This document shows positions 1 to 14,792 of a stretch of 64,000 nt of DNA, one piece after another. The DNA comes from Octopus vulgaris (lineage: Eukaryota). Below the pieces are notes generated by a model. That model worked only from the letters and a program-made list of their open reading frames with translations, had not been told where the DNA came from and searched no databases. The number at the start of each line of letters is the position of its first letter. Position 1 is the first letter of the stretch. The stretch is from positions 51,150,001 through 51,214,000 of the forward strand of contig OX597833.1 of NCBI GenBank assembly GCA_951406725.2, given 5' to 3'. The position numbers and the translations under genes are program-made.

Positions 1-171
1 TCTACGGCGATGACGACATTGATGAGGATAATGAAGGTGATGATGATGATGATGATGCTGACGATGACGATGGTGAAGATAAGCGACGGACGATGGCAAT
101 GTCGTTGATGGAGAAGTTGACGATGGTGACGAGGACGATGACAACGACAACGGCGATGATGATGATGTCGT

Positions 172-220
<49 letters not shown>

Positions 221-352
221 TGAGGATGATGCTGGTCTTGGTGGTGGTGTTGGCGGCGGCGGCGGCGGTGGTGGTGGTGGTGGCGGCGGCGGTGGTGGCG
301 GTAGTGGTGGTGGTGGTGGTGGGAGGTGTGGTGGTGGTGGTGGTAGTGGTGG

Positions 353-383
<31 letters not shown>

Positions 384-500
384 GGTGGTGATGGTGGTGG
401 AGGTGGTGGTTATATTGGCTGTGGATGATGAGGGTTGTGGTGGTGGTGGGGGTGATGATGATGATGACGACGACGACGACGACGGCGACGATCTCAGTTA
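1..500. repeat. Compound trinucleotide low-complexity tract (GAT/GAC/GGT/GGC)n
   Basis: Runs of gat, ggt, ggc and gac; the ORFs here are poly-M/D/G/V with no domain. Confidence 0.95.
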
Positions 501-1181
501 ATCGGTAGTAATACCATCAAGTGTAAGATGTAAATAGGTCGACATAAAATCAATTAAAACACGAAAAAAAAACATGGCGCATTTGCTAGACATGTCATAT
601 GTAAGTTTCTTGGACTAACATTTTCAACATTAAATCTGCCGCATCTAGTTTTACAGCCACACATCTTATTGGTTTTATTCCATTGATCAACAAGGGAAAG
701 GAATCAAGGAATTGCATATTGATGAGCGACAGCAACAGCTTTTATAGATTGTCTTTATGGGTGACTAACTCACTTGCATGAAATCCCTCCCCCTTTTCAC
801 CACCCGACCCTGTCTCTCTCTCTCTCTCCACTCTCTGTCTATTTCTTTCTCTCAGACTGTGTATCCTGCTCTTTATGAATGGAGAAATGTGATTCGTATA
901 TGCTCTCATTGCTCACTCAGACACATAGTTTCTCATTGTCCGAACGAAGCACATACACAGTCGTAAATCACACAACACTGATATATTAACACACACACAC
1001 ACATACGCACACACAAACACACACACACATACATAAAAATATACATATATACACATGTATGTATATACACACACATACACACATATATAAATATAAATGT
1101 ATGTATGTGTTTGTGTGTGTATATCTATCTGTCTATCTCTCCTCTCTCTAAATATATATATACATACACACACACACGGAG

Positions 1182-1785
<604 letters not shown>

Positions 1786-2257
1786 ATGTGCAAATAAGTT
1801 TGTAGGTGTCAACGATGTAGAAGTAAAATTTCGTGCTAAATTTTAACTCGAGAAGGCCATCATTTTTTTTCTAAATAAGGACCATATGTTTTAAGTTGAG
1901 AAAGTATGCTTATAATTATAACCAGATGATTCGTTCTCAAATACTGATAGAATAATAATAAGGATAAGCGCATATTTAATTTAGACAGTGGGCGTCTTAG
2001 AACATCAACTGACCTATCTTGATTGTTGACAAAGAGGGTTAATGACACATTCATAATTGTTCAAGGCTATTAAACAATAAAGCACTTAAATTTATTATTG
2101 AGGTCTCTAATTATTTCTATATTTCATTTGTGATATTTAATTCAATGGAGTCATACTGAGCATCGGCTTTAATTTAATAGTTACAGTCGATTATAACAAA
2201 CGATGTACTTCAAAATTTTTTTTACATGCTTTGCAATTGAAATCAATATAGCAGATT

Positions 2258-2331
<74 letters not shown>

Positions 2332-2332
<1 letters not shown>

Positions 2333-2878
2333 CAGTACCAGGCAGTGGCTCTCATGGCTTCTGATCTTAACTGATTGGAAGTGTTATCATGTACATTGTT
2401 TTGTCTTGGTATAAAAGATGGGCTACAGCAAAATTTTCTGCTCAATACCACAGATTTGCTTGTCAGTTGTTTGACCTTAACCAGTTGAGCATGTCCCTTA
2501 GTGGCTGACGATATGTGCATCTCTGATCACGAGCAGAAGTAGTGGGGGAGCATCATAGCCATGTGTTGAGAGGGATTCTTTGGGGTTTGAATAATTCACC
2601 TATGGAAACATGGGTGGTTCTTTCAACATCCTTAAACAACCCTTATTCAGGGACCTTTTGAGCGGGATGGGCTACTGAACCTGAAGAAAATTCTAACTGG
2701 GCCCCACCTGCAAGGTCATGTGCTGTTTATCTTGATATGAGATCACCATGTCGCGCACATATGGTTGTGATGCATGTGCCTGGTGTACCCTTATCAGACG
2801 GGTAGTCATGATGGGTATATTGGGCTTCGTATATTTTACCCCAGTGTCACTTTGATGGCATGAACTGCTCTCTCACTC
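2332..2878 (+). mobile_element. Retroposon 3' fragment inserted in an (AAT)n microsatellite, Dong/R4-like
   Basis: About 550 bp of higher-GC sequence bounded on both sides by (AAT)n (2259-2331 and 2879-2902), with no credible ORF. Dong-type R4 LINEs target TAA repeats; family assignment is inference. Confidence 0.6.
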
Positions 2879-3111
2879 AATAATAATAATAATAATAATA
2901 ATGTTGGTGTGCATTTGAGAGTTTATGGAGTGGTTCCTTATCATTCATATAAACGTATATGTTTTCTCTACTAATTTTATTAATTTTTAAAATACATATT
3001 TTACCTGCGAATTTGCATATGTAATCTGGGAATGCATACAATGAGCTTCTCTGCCCTAGGTGTACGGAAAAACACTCGGCGAGAAACGGAAGAAAATTTG
3101 AAGAAAGAAGG

Positions 3112-3112
<1 letters not shown>

Positions 3113-3184
<72 letters not shown>

Positions 3185-3273
3185 TGATGATGATGACGAT
3201 GATGATGATGATGATGATGAAAATAATAATAATAATGAAAATAATAATAATGATAATAATAATGATAATAATG

Positions 3274-3322
<49 letters not shown>

Positions 3323-3335
3323 TAATAATAATAAT
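3113..3335. repeat. (AAT)n/(GAT)n microsatellite; similar tract at 5233-5460
   Basis: Direct reading. Confidence 0.97.
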
Positions 3336-3832
3336 GCTTCTAATCACACTTAATACGTTATGGGAGATTCCTTTTCGAATACCTGATCGTTCTTGATTTT
3401 CTCTACGAGAAAGTATGTCCTCAGTTTAGACGATGTGTCTTCATAACTCACGCGATTCAATGGTTGACCGGGAACTTCGAAACACTGCGGTGTTTCAATC
3501 TCGGTAATGTCTCCTCAGTTGAAATTATACCACAGCCAGGAATCTTTCAAGAGCAACAGCTTTTGGTAGGAGAAATCAACAACTAAGCTATTTGCTAATG
3601 TTTTCAGAAGTCTGCCAAACATATAAGAATCCACAGGCTGCATGCAGAAGCGCGAATATCCAGACAACGTCGTATCTGTTTTGGGTTTTTTTTTCTCCTA
3701 TGTTTCGTTACATCGGTCAGTGAATATCTGAACTATATTGTTTTACGCCATCAGAGAACACCTCATAAGAATGAATAGATGAATCATTGTTAGGATTCTG
3801 ACTGTACTGCTCGGACATATATATATATATAT

Positions 3833-4286
3833 ATGGACCCACACACACCCCACCCTGACTTTTCTACGCTTACCCCATCGTCACCCAAACATTCCAACTC
3901 TCCTCCCCACACGTCTGCACCCCCTCTTCCTGACCCCACTCATCCCACCACCCTGATTCCTCGCACTGTTGTCACTATACCCCGCAATCTCCCCCTCTCC
4001 GCTGCCGAGCGCTCACTCCTCAGTAAGGGACTCCGCTTCACGCCTCACACGCGCCACTGTGACGAATTTGAGATTCAAAATGTGACCACGTGTGTACCGT
4101 TGGTGATATTTTTCCTCTGTCTTCCCTTCTCTGGATCTTTCCTTCTCCTATGTTTGCGACGAAGAGCTCCGCTCGAAACGTTAAACTCTCCTTCTTTCCT
4201 TCTTTCCTGAGCATCCAATAATACTATATTTGTTCCACGTCCCCGCGTTGTTGTGTTTTCTCTTTGTGTGTTCATGTTTGGTTTAG
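3833..4286 (+). mobile_element. Internally deleted Penelope-like retroelement: ORF N-terminal fragment fused to a terminal repeat with a hammerhead
   Basis: Translation TVVTIPRNLPLSAAERSLLSKGLRFTP matches the VxNLS..L+..E..+LsKGLxFxP motif upstream of PLE reverse transcriptase. It is followed from about 4077 by pyrimidine-rich terminal sequence with a hammerhead fold; TA runs flank both sides. Confidence 0.8.
4152..4186 (+). ncRNA. Minimal type I hammerhead ribozyme-like motif (C3 mutated to G)
   Basis: GTTT-GCGACGA-A-GAGC-TCC-GCTC-GAAAC-GTT-AAAC: stem I GTTT/AAAC, stem II GAGC/GCTC, loopless palindromic stem III ACGT; predicted cut after 4182. Confidence 0.7.
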
Positions 4287-4308
4287 CTTTATATATGTAT
4301 ATATATAT

Positions 4309-4735
4309 TCTCTTATTCTTTTACTTGTTTCAGTCATTTGACCGCGGCCAAGCGGGAGCACCGCCTTTAGTCGATCAAATTGACCCCCAGGACTTATTCT
4401 TTATAAGCCTAGTACTTATGCTATCGGTCTCTTTTGCCAAACCGTTAAGTTACGGGTGAGTAAACACATCAATATCGGTTGTCAAGCGATGGTTGAGGGG
4501 GAACAAACACTGATACACAAACACAAACATACACGCACACACACACTCATGTGTGTGTGTGTGTGTGTGTACGATGGGCTTCTTTCAGTTTCCGCCTACC
4601 ACATCCACTCACAAGGCATTGGTGGGTCCAAGGCTATAGTAGAAGACACTTGCTCAAGGTGCCACGCAGTGGGACTGAACCCGGAACCATGTGGTTGGTA
4701 AGCAAGCTACTTACCACACAGCCACTCCTGCGCCT
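4309..4735 (-). mobile_element. SINE family A (tRNA-like head, CORE-like segment, internal CA/TA microsatellite, AAAAGAGT-type tail), full length
   Basis: Reverse complement of the 6904-7310 copy; Pol III A/B-box-like TGGCTGTGTGG and GGTTCAGTCCC. Confidence 0.92.
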
Positions 4736-4749
4736 ATATAATTAATATA

Positions 4750-4915
4750 TATTTCTTTATGGCCCACAATAGGCTAAAAATAGAGAGGACAAACAAAGGG
4801 ATTAAGTCGATTACATCGACCCCAGTGCGAAACTGGTACTTTTATTTGTCGACCCCGAAAGAATGAAAGGCAAAGTCGACCTCGGCGGAATTTGAACTCA
4901 GAACGTAACGACAGA
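4750..4915 (-). mobile_element. SINE family B (Meta/MESC-like core), 5'-truncated
   Basis: Core GCCTTTCATxCTTTCGGGGTCGA..AAGTACCAG on the minus strand; matches 43075-43309. Confidence 0.88.
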
Positions 4916-5232
4916 TATAATTGATATATTCGGTAAAACTAAAGCATTTGCAAACCTTGTAGCTAGAATGACTATTGGACTATTTCCGAAACATCAATTC
5001 CGAATCTTGCAGCCAGGTGCAGCATTGGTAAGATTCCTGGTTGTAATTTATGTCAAACATATCCAAACTGAAATTTTGGTATATTCTTCAGATGTACAAC
5101 TCCAGTATACAGATGTTTCACACTCGGCATTATGGCATGCAACCGGAAGAGGTTCTCAATTTTGGGAATAAAACACAATAGGTTAATTTACGTGGCAAAA
5201 TAAATACATAAATAAATAAATAAATGATATTG

Positions 5233-5331
<99 letters not shown>

Positions 5332-5411
5332 GTAGTAGTATTAGTAATAATAATAATAATAATGACGATGATGATGATGATGATAACAACAACAACAACA
5401 ACAACAATAAC

Positions 5412-5460
<49 letters not shown>

Positions 5461-5705
5461 GAATGAAATGAAGAAACTGTAATAGAGATTCACTCAATTT
5501 TTGTTTTTCGTTTTTACAGTTTCCTGTCACAGTAACAGAATCTCAAAGATTGTCTGATTTAGAATCTCTCGAAGTTAAGAAAGTATTTTTTCCCTTCATT
5601 TCAAACAACACGTGTGTTGAGAGTTTAAATATTTTTTTGTCCGAACACCCGATGAAAATAAGTGAAATTATATTCTTCGTGACTTTTAACAAGATATTCA
5701 ATCCG

Positions 5706-5740
<35 letters not shown>

Positions 5741-6211
5741 TTTTTTTTAACCTTTATTCTTGATGATTAAATGAAGAGCGTTGCTGTGAATGACATGTAT
5801 ATAAGAACGAGAAATACCTCACGTGGTGTGTATGAAGAGACGCAATGGTGTAAGTAGGTGCGCTTAATATCTGACAGGATAAAATGTTGACAAATAAAAA
5901 AAAAAGACAAAATGTAAAAATAAGGAAAAAAATAAAAATTTCGGTAAACGGCTGCTATTAAAGAAAAATGCGTGTCAGGTACTATGGCAGGGTGTAAATT
6001 CCCAGCAAAACCAATATGCAAGTAAACAGAATTTCTCGCTTTGGAACTTTTCACTAATTTCTTTGAGAAAATTGTTACAACTTCGAGTTTGCTCATTCGT
6101 AATATGGTATTATGTAATAAATTATTTTTTGAATTCAAGTACGAATACATATTTGTTATGTGTATATAACATGTAAATGAATGAAATTTTGATATTTTTT
6201 ATAGGAACTAA

Positions 6212-6665
6212 GGCGGCAAAGTGGCGGAATCGTTAGCACGCCGAGCAAAATGCTTGGCGGGATTTCGTCCGGTTACACGTTCTGAGTTCAAATTTCACCG
6301 AGGATGACTTTGCTTTTCATCTTTCAAGGTCAATAAATTAAGTACCGGTGAAACACTGTGGCCGATATAATCGAATACGAAAAAATTGTCCCCTACCACA
6401 AAATTTCAGACTTTGGGCATTTAGTAGAAAGGATATTTATAAGAACTAAAGCAGCGAAGCAACAGAATCGTTAGCACGCCGGGAAAATGCCTAGCGACAT
6501 TTCGACCGTCTTCATTTTCTGAGATCAAATTTTGCTGAGGTCGACTTTGCTTTTCATTTTTTCGTGGTGGATGAAATAAATACCAGTCGAACATTGAAGT
6601 CTATGTAATCGTCTTACCCACCGCACACCCGAAATTGCTGGCCTTGTGCCAAAATTTGAAATTGT
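6212..6665 (+). mobile_element. Two older head-to-tail SINE B copies (6212-6435, 6450-6665)
   Basis: Each has the ggcagaatcgttagcacgccg head, ttctgagttcaaat B box and core; a 14-mer tttataggaactaa-like site occurs before, between and after them. Confidence 0.85.
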
Positions 6666-6903
6666 TATTTGTAGGAACTAATCACTACTCTTACAGTCGG
6701 AAGATATTGATTAAGACTGACTGGAGAAATATCTATTGTTAGTGTAATTTCGATTGTTAAAAGCTTCCTTGATCACTACATTATGTATGTTCTTGTCTAC
6801 TTCATTTCTTTTCTATGCAAAAGGTGACCCTGGGAAATACCTCTCCTTTTCACTTATACTTTTAAACTTTCACACGACACAGCGTTTATTTAATAAAGTG
6901 CAT

Positions 6904-7310
6904 AGGCGCAGGAGTGGCTGTGTGGTAAGTAGCTTGCTAACCAGCCACATGGTTCCGGGTTCAGTCCCACTGCGTGGCATCTTGGGCAAGTGTCTTCTGC
7001 TATAGCCCCGGGCCGACCAATGTCTTGTGAGTGGATTTGGTAGACGGAAACTGAAAGAAGCCTGTCGTATATATGTATATATATATATATGTATGTGTGT
7101 GTTTGTGTGTCTGTGTTTGTCCCCCTAGCATTGCTTGACAACCGATGCTGGTATGTTTACGTCCCCGTCACTTAGCGGTTCGGCAAAATAGACCGATAGA
7201 ATAAGTACTGGGCTTACAAAGAATAAGTCCCGGGGTCGATTTGCTCGACTAAAGGCGGTGCTCCAGCGTGGCCGCAGTCGAATGACTGAAACAAGTAAAA
7301 GAGAAAGAGT
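6904..7310 (+). mobile_element. SINE family A, full length
   Basis: GGCGCAGGAGTGGCTGTGTGGTAAG head through actgaaacaagtaaaagag tail; many near-identical copies in the window. Confidence 0.93.
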
Positions 7311-8852
7311 ATACGCATGTGTGTGTGCGTGTATGAGTGTGAGCGTGTAGGATCTTATTTCTAGAAGTACCAGTTTGGCTGATGAATATAATAAGATAGA
7401 AACCTCCCCAAAGTTTTCCTCCGACAACTAGTATATTAGAATTACACACCACTTCATTCTATTTTAAATTCATTGTGATTAATTCAGACCCCAATATTGT
7501 TTCATGATATTCATAGTCATAATTAATTAGTCTGCTAATGAGTGTAATTCTATTTAATTAAAATTCCATGGCTCATTAATTTAAGTATGTTAACACCCAG
7601 TTTAAAATATGTTGATAAAGGTTTGTATCGCGCTGCATCACCATCTGCCGTTGCTTCAATAGTTACCCTGTTATTTCATCATTGGTTCGTTTACAAATAA
7701 TTTCTCATCTCCGGTCTAATTACAGTCGTATTATTAGATACACTTTTTTTTTTTCCTTTTTGCTGAGGTCCCAGTTCCTCTTCCAATATAATTATTAGCG
7801 AAAAAACTATATAACAGTCTAATTTAGATCATTTTACATTATTAGACGAATTTAATTGATTTATTTCTGGAAGCGATTAAGATAGAATCTGCAACAAACG
7901 TTTTAAGAGCTGCTTCTAAACAACGTGGGTAGTCTTGATCTGTCAATTATAAAATAAAATCAAATAAAAACGAATAAATAAAGTCTTTAGTCTTCTATCG
8001 GAAAGAACTTTGCTAAATAAACATTATCATGATCAACAGAAAAATTCTGGCTATTTAAAAGACGTATTTTCTCTCTGAGATCTTTCTGATCGTTTTCAAT
8101 TTAGAATTAGCATTTGCATTCTTTAATAGACGTTAATCTGTATGTAAATTGATTCTTGTCCTCCCCATTTCAGTAACTGCAGTTATTAGCTATTATTCTT
8201 TCATTCCGGCTGCATATGTTCGAACGCAAGAAGAATACTAAGCCTATAATATCTCAATGCCTTTCCTCCCTCCTTTGTTAATCTCCCTTGATGTCAATAG
8301 AACTGATCATACATTAATGAATGTCTCTGATCTAGAGAAACCAAGTATTTGATTGTATAACTCGTTCATGTTATTCACCGCTGTCTAGCTATAAAAATAT
8401 TTAACCACGTTCAATGTGCATTGGGCACAGAGACATTTCTCTTTGTTTCACCAAAATAAAACTAAAGATTTGGATAAAGAAGAAGCATGAATATTCAAGC
8501 ACACATATTTTTACCGTCTAGAAACTTCGAGCATTTACGTCTTATAACACTAGACATTTCTATTGTTTTGGCGTCCCTCGTTGAAGGAGAGGAACTCAGA
8601 CCATGTGAATCCCATGTTGAAATTTTATTAATATCCTATTCACTGTGAAACAGACAAAGAGATAAAGACAATATTCACTTTTATTTAATGGGGCATTAAT
8701 GCTTTGGGTATTAGATACTCAAAGCTGCCAGACCCCATCTGAAATAGGGATAAAGCGCAACATTTAAACTTACATGACAAATATATATCAAACACCAAGT
8801 ACAATATGCATCTGCTTTTGGTTATCTTGTTTGTGTGGAGGATGTTAAGTTA

Positions 8853-9008
8853 GAGCAGCTTTGTGATTAGAAGCTAATTTCTCACCCACATGGTTCCGGG
8901 TTCACTCTCACTGCGTGGCTATTTGGGCAAGTGCCTTCTATTATAGCCTTGGTTCGACTAAAGCAACGTGAGCGGATTTGGTAGACGGAAACTGAAAGAA
9001 ACCTGTCG

Positions 9009-9063
<55 letters not shown>

Positions 9064-9073
9064 GTGTATATAT

Positions 9074-9113
<40 letters not shown>

Positions 9114-9351
9114 AGACGCGTGGCTTAGTGGTTAGGGTGTCAGCATCACGGTCGTAAGATGGTGGTTTCGATTCCTGGACCGGGCGACTCGTTGTGGTCT
9201 TGAGCAAAACACTTCATTTCACATTGCTGCAATCAACTCATCAGGCAAAAATGAGTAACGCTGCGCTGGGGAACACATACGCCATAGAAACCGGGAAAAC
9301 CGGGCCCATGAGCCTGGGTATGTTTTAAAAGGGCGCATTTATTTTTGATTT

Positions 9352-9429
<78 letters not shown>

Positions 9430-9700
9430 GTATGTATGGATGTTTGCATGTATGTATGCATGTACTTACATATGTATGTATATATGTATATGTCTGTGTT
9501 TGTCTCACCAGTACAGTTAGAGAACCAGTGTCGGTGTGTTTACTTCCATGTAACGTAACGGTTCGGCAATAGGGCCAGATAGAATAAATACCAGGCTTAA
9601 CAAAAAATAAGAAAGTACTGGGATCGACTGCATTCGACTAAAATACTCTACAAGGCGGTGCTCCAGCTTGGTTGCACTCTAATGACCGAAACAAGTATAA
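8853..9700 (+). mobile_element. Older SINE A split at its internal microsatellite by a SINE D insertion
   Basis: 5' half 8853-9010 and 3' half about 9490-9700 are collinear with family A. Confidence 0.8.
9112..9345 (+). mobile_element. SINE family D (tRNA-like head plus CORE-like body), nested in SINE A
   Basis: tggcttagtggttagg A box, gtttcgattcc B box, ttgtggtcttgagcaaaacacttcatttcacattgct CORE-like body; tail shared with 49306-49617. Confidence 0.8.
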
Positions 9701-9734
9701 AATATATTAGCTACTTCCCCCCCCCCATGGTTTA

Positions 9735-10445
<711 letters not shown>

Positions 10446-10810
10446 ATGATAAGGTTTACGAAAAGCTTTACTATTTACTTCTGTTCCAGAGAAATTTGAT
10501 AACTTGCGATATATAACGGTGCACGTCTGATAAATAAAGCTAAAAGTGCATAAGCATATGATACACCGACACAATATATAGTAACTATTGGCAACCTGGT
10601 GGATTACGCCCATTCTATTTATTTATTTATTATTTTTTATTACTATACTCAACACAGCATCGGTCATTGAAAACCAGTTTTGACTATTCAGTTAGTCACT
10701 GATAGTATATCGACTCGGATTAAGTGACTACATAGAGACTTTTTTCATTAGTTCTCGTGTTCAGAAGTCACTGAATATGAACTTCAAATGTCAATTAGCA
10801 ATTACTAACA

Positions 10811-11195
<385 letters not shown>

Positions 11196-11563
11196 ATGTG
11201 TATTTCTTCACACAACGCTAAAGTTTTTGAGATCCACGCTGGTTGCAAGAACGGCAATCAGTAGAACTGCTTGGCTATCGTCTAAAGCGTTATCGGAAAA
11301 TATCACGTGGACAACTGGATTCACTCAAGATATGTCGTTTGAAAGATATAAATAAATGAATAAAAAAAATTTGAAGAGAAAAATTGAAACAAAATCATAT
11401 GAAATATATATATGCATGACCTGACTTAGAGTAAACAAGCTATCCATCATTGAAGCCATACACACACCCATGCACTTTTATAGACATACATGCATTCACA
11501 CATACACGCATGCATATAGACACATATATAATATACATATACATATATTTGAACAAGTCTCAA

Positions 11564-11943
11564 TATAAGCATTCGCATGCATGTTTATTTATATACACAT
11601 AACTATAACCAATAGATAGCTACATACATGAATACACACACACACATATATATATATATATACACATATAAATATATATGTATATGTGTGTATATAAGCA
11701 TTCACATGCATGTATATTTATATACACATAAGTATAACCAATAGATAACTACATACATGAATACACACACACACACATATATATATATACACATATAATA
11801 TATATGTATATGTGTGTATATAAGCATTCGCATACATGTATATTTGTATACACATGTATAACCAATAGATAGCTACATACATAAATACACACATATATAT
11901 ATACACATATAAATATATATGTATATGTGAGTGTATATATAAG
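11564..11943. repeat. Three-copy tandem repeat, unit about 126-129 bp
   Basis: tataagcattc..tataaccaatagatagctacataca restarts at 11564, 11693 and 11819. Confidence 0.9.
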
Positions 11944-12733
11944 TATATATATGTGTATATATATATATATATCATACATATGTATACACATATATATATC
12001 TATATATGAACCTATATATATATATATATATATATATACACAAGCACATACATATATATATGTAATTTACTTACGAGTACACGTATGTATGGTGTGTATA
12101 TATATGTATGTATGTACGTATATACATTATATATGCATAGACGTTTGTATAATGTATATAAATTTATACTGGTAGGGCGAATCAGTAGTCGTGATAGTTT
12201 TACGTGTCTGGAATATATCTTTAGTGTTACTAGCTGATCGATTAGGCAAACCAATAGGGCGAAATGTCATAATGTTTACACGACAGGATTTGGCTGTCGC
12301 GGCAAAAGATAAACAGTGAATTGTGAATAGTAACAGAAAATGGTAGACATAGTCCTGTATCGATAGACGTAGGCATGTTGGGTGAAGTGTACAAATCTAG
12401 GAAATATTTCCACTTGAAATTTCTCATCTCTCAGACGTCAGTTTCATACTGGTATCCGTTATTGATATTAAGGAATAATGTTTTACATGAGAGATGCTTC
12501 AAGTTTTATCTATTGAGTCTTGTCTTCTGTTAAAAGCATTGATAAATCGAATCCAGACGCGGACATTATGCTTGCGCGCTGCATTCTGGGTGATCCTCTT
12601 AATTCTCAGCCTAACCAGCTGTGACTTTGTACAAACATGCATATATATACATATTGTACCAACACACACATACATACGTACACACACACGTACACACACA
12701 CTCACAAACGCATGTGTGTGTGAATGTGTATAT

Positions 12734-12897
12734 AGGTGCACACGTGGATGTGTGGTAGGAAGTTTGCTTCTCAACCACACAGTTCCGGGTTCAGTTCCAC
12801 TGCGTGGCACCTGGGTGTCTCGGTTCGACCAAAGTCTTGCGAATGAATGTGGTAGACGGAAACTGAAAGAAGCCCGTCGCATATATATCTATATATA

Positions 12898-12959
<62 letters not shown>

Positions 12960-13037
12960 GGAGTAAGCACATAAATGTGAAACAAGGTGGAAAAAAGAGT
13001 ACTCAAATACCAGAGGTAGAGTTATATGCTTTATTTA

Positions 13038-13099
<62 letters not shown>

Positions 13100-13191
13100 T
13101 GTGTGTGTATGTCTTTGTGCCTGTGTTTGCTTCCACGACTTGAAACCACTGCTAGTGTATCTACGTCCCCGTAACTTAACAGTTCGGCAAA
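12734..13191 (+). mobile_element. SINE A, partly deleted, with a foreign insert in its microsatellite
   Basis: Head and body match family A; 12958-13036 is unrelated to A. Confidence 0.85.
12958..13036 (-). mobile_element. (TA)n-embedded terminal fragment of the hammerhead-bearing element at 34826-35063
   Basis: gagtaagcacataaatgtgaaacaaggt..aaaagagtactcaaataccagaggtagagttatatgct is the reverse complement of about 34993-35063; TA on both sides. Confidence 0.8.
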
Positions 13192-13456
13192 TAAAGCCTT
13201 TCTATTTACAGCATTGCATTTCGAGCCAGTGAACGATACATATAGTAACTTCGTAGCTATTACTTACAAATTGAAGACATTTCTTTTTCCTTCATCTAAG
13301 AGCTCAACATATTTTGCCGATCAGCAGTTATTAATACATTAGCATAAGACAAGGGGACTGGTCGGCGTTTGAGCCCTGGGGTTGATGTAACCAACTTACC
13401 CACTTCCCCGAACATTTTGGTCTTGTGTCAAAATTTGAAACCAATATATTAGTACA

Positions 13457-13767
13457 GTGGAGGCGCAATGGCCCAGTGGTTGGGGCAGCGGACTCGCGGT
13501 CGTAGGATCGCAGTTTCGATTCCCAGACCGGGCGTTGTGAGTGTTTATTGAGCGAAAACAACTAAAGCTCCACGAGGCTCCAGCAGGGGATGGTGGTGAT
13601 CCCTGTTGTACTCTTTCGCCACAACTTTCTCTCACTCTTTCTTCAGTTGGCCTGCTCGCTTAGCCAGTGGGGTGGCGTCATTTGAAGGCTAAAACAATGC
13701 GAAGCGCATTGTGACCAGCGATGTGTAACAGCATCTGATGGCCTGGTCGGTCACGGTGATCACGGTG
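13457..13767 (+). mobile_element. SINE family C, tail type 2, with TSD
   Basis: GGAGGCGCAATGGCCCAGTGGTT tRNA-like head; atattagtaca duplicated at 13446-13456 and 13768-13778. Flanked by degenerate SINE B remnants (about 13360-13445 minus, 13782-13965 plus). Confidence 0.92.
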
Positions 13768-14792
13768 ATATTAGTACAATGAAGTGAGCTAGCATAGCGG
13801 CATTGCACCCGTCTTTACGTTCTGAGATCAAATTCCGCTAAGGTCGACTGTGCCTATTATCTTTTCAGGATCGATGATCTAAGTAGCAGTTAAACACCGA
13901 AAACAATATAATCCACAAGAATCTCCCTAACAAAATCCCAGGCTTTGTGCATATGGTAGAAATGCTTAACATATATGTACACCAGCGAAAAACTGGGTAG
14001 GATAAAATTAAGTGTCTATACGACATTTACGCCATTCTCCTGAGAATTCTTCAAAGACAAAAGTTGATTAATGACGTTGCTTAATGAAAATCTGTCAAAG
14101 TGGAAATAGTTGACATTTCAAACAACAACAAAATCTTGTAGATTTTTGCGTTTACTTTAAGTTTAATCTTGAGAATGATTTTTTTTTTTTGCGGTGACAA
14201 CATGTCAGTAAGATTTTTCTTAAAAAACATTCTTACGCACAAACGCGAGCACGTACACACACACACACACACACATGCAAACACACACGAATTCATGTAC
14301 AAATAGATATCATATATATATATATATATATATCAATACATATACATATATATACATACAATATAAATACATAAATATATGCATATATATATATACATAC
14401 GCACATACTACCACACACGCACACACACACATATACATATATACATACGCAAATACACCCACACACGCACACACACATGTATATATATGTATATATCACA
14501 CATGGACACACTCATACACTTGCATACATATACACAGTTATATTTATGCGTGTGTGTGTGTGGTGTAGGTGTATGCATGATTGTATGTGTGTGTTTGTGT
14601 GTAAGAATCGATTTTGTCTGTCTTCAAACAACTTCCCGTTCTTCGAGAAGTCTTTACCAAATGATGCAAGTTGAGGCAGCTGCTATACAGAACATATAAA
14701 TCCAGAAGAAATTATACAATTTGCCAAACGGTCTAAAAGTTCCGCTAATTTACCATCCTGGTTGAGTATCTTATTTGATCAAACCTGTTTAA

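Noticed and set aside
5498-5590. Strong-looking splice acceptor (ttttgtttttcgtttttacag at 5519) with open frame FPVTVTESQRLSDLESLEVK
   Set aside because: No convincing donor and no recognisable peptide; cannot be supported without RNA-seq.
13457-13535. tRNA-like sequences (also 19551, 29025-29100, 44951, 60522, 30395)
   Set aside because: A and B boxes are present but there is no proper acceptor stem or terminator, and they continue into SINE bodies, several with TSDs; these are SINE heads, not tRNA genes.
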